DNA of 64,000 nucleotides from Bacteroidetes bacterium HLUCCA01 (GTDB lineage: Bacteria > Bacteroidota > Rhodothermia > Balneolales > HLUCCA01). The stretch spans positions 21,084 through 85,083 of the forward strand of contig LIHN01000018.1 of assembly GCA_001314545.1 (NCBI GenBank), in the 5' to 3' direction. The first letter of the stretch is position 1. Every line of letters starts with the position of its first letter. The notes under the pieces are model-generated. The model was given only the letters and a program-made list of their open reading frames with translations. It searched no databases and was not told where the DNA came from. The position numbers and the translations under genes are program-made. Positions 58,061 through 64,000 of the stretch are shown piece by piece.

Positions 58061-58591
58061 TTGGAATCACCCCTGTTAAATCCCCCGTTGGAATACACCC
58101 ACTTGCACATTTCCAACTTGTCGCTGACGGAGTTAGACCAGTTGCGCGACCTGAACGTGCTGCTTTTTCGTGAGGAACGGCTGATTACCCGGTACGATGT
58201 GCCCGACCTCATTGCACTGTTGCTGCGTATTGACGGCATCCGGGCCGGATTCAAAATCGGGTATGGCAAAGCCGACGGTATTTTTTACAGTGCAAAGGGA
58301 GGTATCATGCCGGCATTCCGCCGGAAAGGATACGCCCGGACGCTGCTGATAACCATGATGCGACAGGCCTTGGAACTGGGCTATCACACCTTCCGCTACG
58401 ACACCTTCCCAAAACACTTCAGAGAAATGTTAATTTTTGGCTTGCAGGAGGGTTTCGAGGTGACCTCCACCGCGTACTATCCACGCATGAACGACTACCG
58501 CATTGAACTCAGCGTATCCATTCCGGAGTACCTGAACCGTGTTGCAACAGGGCTGGAAGTCGGCTCTGAAGAAATGTCGGAATCAGATTGA
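58061..58591 (+). CDS. GNAT family N-acetyltransferase
   Basis: AGFKIGY, GGIMPAFRRKGYA (acetyl-CoA-binding motif A), MLIFGLQEGF. Confidence 0.8.
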   Translation: MESPLLNPPLEYTHLHISNLSLTELDQLRDLNVLLFREERLITRYDVPDLIALLLRIDGIRAGFKIGYGKADGIFYSAKGGIMPAFRRKGYARTLLITMMRQALELGYHTFRYDTFPKHFREMLIFGLQEGFEVTSTAYYPRMNDYRIELSVSIPEYLNRVATGLEVGSEEMSESD

Positions 58592-58976
58592 GTGTACCCA
58601 GCTCAGAAACCTTGACAAACTGCACATCCTGTATCATCTGACGACCTTCTTCCAGCTCCGGATCATGTCCCTTGACGGCATCCGCCCCGGCGGCCGTACA
58701 CAGAAAGTAACACTCAACGGCGTGCCAGGGTGGCTGAACAAATTCTGTGACATACAGCAACTGCTGAACCGCAATTTCTACACCGGTTTCCTCCATAAAC
58801 TCCCGCCGGAGGGCATCGGTCATAGGTTCACCGAATTCAACCCCGCCGCCCGGGGGCGACCAGAACGGTTCATGGCGGGTAGGCGATTTCAGGTTCACCA
58901 GTAAAACCGTGTCTTCGCGCAGCAGTATACCACAAACCCTGACACGAACTTTGTTTCCGAAAGGACTGCTGCTCAT
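58509..58976 (-). CDS. NUDIX hydrolase
   Basis: Nudix box PGGGVEFGEPMTDALRREFMEETG. Confidence 0.92.
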   Translation of the reverse strand: MSSSPFGNKVRVRVCGILLREDTVLLVNLKSPTRHEPFWSPPGGGVEFGEPMTDALRREFMEETGVEIAVQQLLYVTEFVQPPWHAVECYFLCTAAGADAVKGHDPELEEGRQMIQDVQFVKVSELGTLNLIPTFLQSRLPALLQHGSGTPEWIR

Positions 58977-58980
58977 GGCC

Positions 58981-61050
<2,070 letters not shown>

Positions 61051-61130
61051 ACCGGGGAATGAGCTCATGGGCGGAGACGGCGTATCAACAGGGCGAAGCA
61101 CCCTGTGCACACATTGCCGTTTATCCGGAC

Positions 61131-61472
61131 TTAGTTCCGGTGGTTGATGGCATCGTGCATAGCACGCGAAACCAGTCCTCCGTGCCCACCATCACTGCCA
61201 AGGGCATCATAGAGCTGGTAGCCACTGAGAATCACGCTTACGCAACCGGCCACATTTACCAGGCCCGCTACCCACAGAGGTTGAACCAGTCCAACCATTG
61301 ATAATCCTACAACGGTGAGTCCAAAAATAAGCTGCAGGATGGCCGACAGAATATAAACCGGTTTCCGACGCCGGGCGGCAAGTACCATCCGGCCTCTCCA
61401 GTCAGACCGGTACCGGGGCTTGGTTTGGGGACTTGTGTTATCAGAATTGGGTTTTGGCGATGCAGCCGGCAT
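61131..61472 (-). CDS. Hypothetical small membrane protein (2 TM)
   Basis: 113-aa ORF with a basic N-terminus followed by two hydrophobic segments. Confidence 0.6.
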   Translation of the reverse strand: MPAASPKPNSDNTSPQTKPRYRSDWRGRMVLAARRRKPVYILSAILQLIFGLTVVGLSMVGLVQPLWVAGLVNVAGCVSVILSGYQLYDALGSDGGHGGLVSRAMHDAINHRN

Positions 61473-61586
61473 GGCGATAAATGATGTTAAGCGATGTGTG
61501 GTTGGTAAGAAGTATCGATTATCGGCAGGTATGGTTAACTTAGCATTTACCCACTCGAATTACAACGAAATGAGAGCAACGTACTA

Positions 61587-62321
61587 ATGGATGAAAATCA
61601 GCTTGTCTTTGGCCGGAATCCGGTAGAAGAACTTCTCCTGCACGACCCTGATAAAGTGGAAAAAATCTACCTGCGGGACAATGCCGGGGGCGGACTTGGA
61701 AAAATAATTGCCCTTGCCTCAGAAAACCGCATTCCATTGCAGCGCGTTCCGGGCAAGAAACTTTTCGAACTGGCCGGGGCTGTGAACGATCAGGGGGTGG
61801 TTGCACAGGTGAGTATGGTCAGCTATATGGAGCTGGAAGATTGGTTGCTTCAGGTATCTGTTGCAACCAACCCGGTAGTTTTGGTGATGGATGAAATTGA
61901 GGATGTATCCAACTTCGGAGCCATACTCAGAACTGCTGCTGCAGCCGGTGTTCAGGCCGTGATTGTACCCAAACACCGACAAGCTCCCGTTAATGCGACC
62001 GTTTTCAAAACCTCTGCAGGAACAGCCGGTCGAATTCCCATCATACGGGTAACGAATACCAATCAGTCGTTGCAGAAATTAAAAGACGCAGGTTTCTGGG
62101 TTGCCGGCCTCGACCAGCACGCAGAAACTCCGCTGTGGAAGCAAAATCTGATATTGCCGCTGGCAGTCATTGTGGGCAGCGAAGGGAAGGGCATCCGCAG
62201 GAAAACACTGGAACATTGCGATTTTACCGTAAGCCTGCCTATGGCCAACCGGGTTGAATCGCTGAACGCATCTGTCAGTGCAGCGCTGCTTTGCTACGAA
62301 ATAGTGCGACAGCGCCAATAG
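61587..62321 (+). CDS. rlmB: 23S rRNA (guanosine-2'-O)-methyltransferase RlmB
   Basis: FGRNPVEE, NFGAILRTA, VGSEGKG, ESLNASVSA (SPOUT fold). Confidence 0.93.
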   Translation: MDENQLVFGRNPVEELLLHDPDKVEKIYLRDNAGGGLGKIIALASENRIPLQRVPGKKLFELAGAVNDQGVVAQVSMVSYMELEDWLLQVSVATNPVVLVMDEIEDVSNFGAILRTAAAAGVQAVIVPKHRQAPVNATVFKTSAGTAGRIPIIRVTNTNQSLQKLKDAGFWVAGLDQHAETPLWKQNLILPLAVIVGSEGKGIRRKTLEHCDFTVSLPMANRVESLNASVSAALLCYEIVRQRQ

Positions 62322-62348
62322 CACCAGCAACCCCCCTCCGTTACGCAT

Positions 62349-63587
62349 TTAGTAAATCAGATAGGGCTGGCGCTGAGCACGGAAAGCATCTACTTCGACC
62401 TGCCATGCATCCGGCGCCTGTAATTCACCGTTCAGGTAGCCCGTAATACGGTTGGTTCCGGCAAGTCTGAATAAAAAATTATTAGTCTGCGATGCAGGAC
62501 TGGCACCGAGCGTCACGCGCAGCAGCTCGTGACCGAAAACAACCGGGTCTACCAGATTGTAACCGTTCTCAGGAACCTGAATTTTAAGGCCCTGCACTGC
62601 TGTATTCTGATGTTTGGGTCGCAGGGCACGACCCGGAATCTCAACGGGAGTGAACACCGTATCGGAAATACTGAGGTTAAACCGGTTGGCAATTTCCTGC
62701 AGTTCCGGGTCTGTCAGGTTCAGATCGGGCGCGCCCAGCAGCAGGAAGGGGTTTTCGGTGCCTCTTCCCTCCGACATGGTGGTCCCCTCGATCAGACAAG
62801 TTCCCAGATAGATATAGGCATGCTCAAAAGTTGGCAGATTGGGGGATGGAGGCACCCAGGGCAGATCCGTTTCAGGCCAAAGCATATCCCTGCGCCAGTT
62901 TTCCATGGGGATTACCTTGAACTGCAATTCATTTTCGGATTCTTGCTGCAGCCAGCCTTCCCCATGAATCATTTGAGCGAGTTCACCCAGCGTCATTCCA
63001 TGGGCTATAGGAATGGGGTAGGCACCAACGAAGGATGTGTGCTCGGGTTCACGAATCCAACCGCTCACATAGTTTCCACCGGCGGGATTAGGCCGGTCCA
63101 GAATCCACAGTTCAACACCATGGTCGGCAGCGGCTTCCATGACCAGCCCCATCGTAGACAGATAGGTATAAAAGCGGGCTCCCACATCCTGCATATCAAA
63201 GAGCAGTAAGTCTACATTTTCCAGCATGGCAGCCGTAGGTTTGCGATTTTCACCATACAGCGAGTATACCGGCAGTCCGGTCTGCTCATCTACCCCGTCG
63301 CTGATCCGTTCACCGGCGCCATAATCGCCACGAAAGCCATGTTCAGGCGCAAACAAAGCCACAACATTGACATTCCGTGCAATCAGGGTATCCAGAACAT
63401 GCGTTCCATGAATGCGGGCTGTGGGGTTCATGACCAGTCCGATACTGCGACCTTCAAGCTGGTCGGCATAATCGGAAAGCATAACCTCTGCTCCGGTTCT
63501 CACCGGCTCCGGGCCGGGTTCCGGTGTGCAGGCGTAGGATATCAGGATGGCAGCGAAGACCGGCAGAAGCCTCAGGCGGAGTATCAT
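62349..63587 (-). CDS. Exo-beta-N-acetylmuramidase NamZ family (DUF1343) lipoprotein
   Basis: Lipobox-like ISYAC from ATG 63587; FAPEHG, SLYG, FDMQDVGARFYTY, LDRPNP, PPSPNLP, SEGRGT. Confidence 0.9.
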   Translation of the reverse strand: MILRLRLLPVFAAILISYACTPEPGPEPVRTGAEVMLSDYADQLEGRSIGLVMNPTARIHGTHVLDTLIARNVNVVALFAPEHGFRGDYGAGERISDGVDEQTGLPVYSLYGENRKPTAAMLENVDLLLFDMQDVGARFYTYLSTMGLVMEAAADHGVELWILDRPNPAGGNYVSGWIREPEHTSFVGAYPIPIAHGMTLGELAQMIHGEGWLQQESENELQFKVIPMENWRRDMLWPETDLPWVPPSPNLPTFEHAYIYLGTCLIEGTTMSEGRGTENPFLLLGAPDLNLTDPELQEIANRFNLSISDTVFTPVEIPGRALRPKHQNTAVQGLKIQVPENGYNLVDPVVFGHELLRVTLGASPASQTNNFLFRLAGTNRITGYLNGELQAPDAWQVEVDAFRAQRQPYLIY

Positions 63588-63670
63588 AGGGCGTTGTACA
63601 AAATAAAAAAGGGTTATCGATACACTGAAAATCGATAACCCTGAAACGTTAAGCAAATATCTTTGCGTTT

Positions 63671-64000
63671 TTACTGATTGGCAATGAGTTCAGACTCTGC
63701 AAAAAAGTAGGCTACCTCGATGCGGCCATTTTCAACGGAATCAGATCCATGGGCAATGTTTTCCGCCTTGCTGTCGGCATAGAGCTTACGCACGGTGCCT
63801 TCCTCGGCTTCGGCAGGATCGGTAGCACCGATGAGTTTGCGGTAATCGGCTACAGCATTTTCTTTTTCAAGAGCAACAGGCACGCAGGGACCGCTGGTCA
63901 TGAATTCAACGAGTTCGCCAAAAAACGGGCGTTCTTTGTGTACAGCGTAAAAGCCACCGGCCGTTTCGGGGGTGAGGCGAATCATTTTCATGCCCAGGAC
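63671..64000 (-). CDS. ndk: Nucleoside diphosphate kinase (5' part lies beyond the window)
   Basis: [31 protein letters not shown]. Confidence 0.96.
   Translation of the reverse strand, partial: VLGMKMIRLTPETAGGFYAVHKERPFFGELVEFMTSGPCVPVALEKENAVADYRKLIGATDPAEAEEGTVRKLYADSKAENIAHGSDSVENGRIEVAYFFAESELIANQ

Overview
64-kb bacterial chromosomal window, most likely from a Balneolota/Rhodothermota-like (FCB-group) organism. This placement is inferred from T9SS C-terminal tails, the uppS-bamA-skp order, acidic proteins and E. coli-like TTGACA/TATAAT promoters. The first ~22 kb is an accessory surface-appendage locus, entirely on the minus strand. It holds a large usher-like outer-membrane protein (runs off the left edge and is missing from the ORF track), a PapD-like chaperone, five single-domain DUF4402-like pilin subunits, two paralogous giant T9SS-secreted adhesins inserted between the pilin genes, and an orphan beta-propeller/Y_Y_Y sensor histidine kinase. 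Every large intergenic gap of this locus carries copies of one 16-bp palindrome, RTTAR-N6-YTAAY (9 exact and 3 one-mismatch copies). Two of these bracket a perfect sigma70 promoter, which points to one co-regulated chaperone-usher pilus plus T9SS adhesin system. The putative major pilin is strongly AT-rich relative to its neighbours. The remaining ~42 kb is mostly housekeeping: accD, tsaB, an M16 peptidase pair, pyrC, xseA, a kynureninase-like gene, recA-recX, purN-purH, mreBCD-mrdA-rodA, rnhB, skp x3-bamA-uppS, ribH, ctpA, an mltD-like gene, nadE, pyrG, rlmB, namZ and ndk. Four short local duplications occur in intergenic DNA. I saw no rRNA, tRNA, IS element, integrase or true CRISPR array. 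All calls come from reading motifs by eye; no database searches were run.
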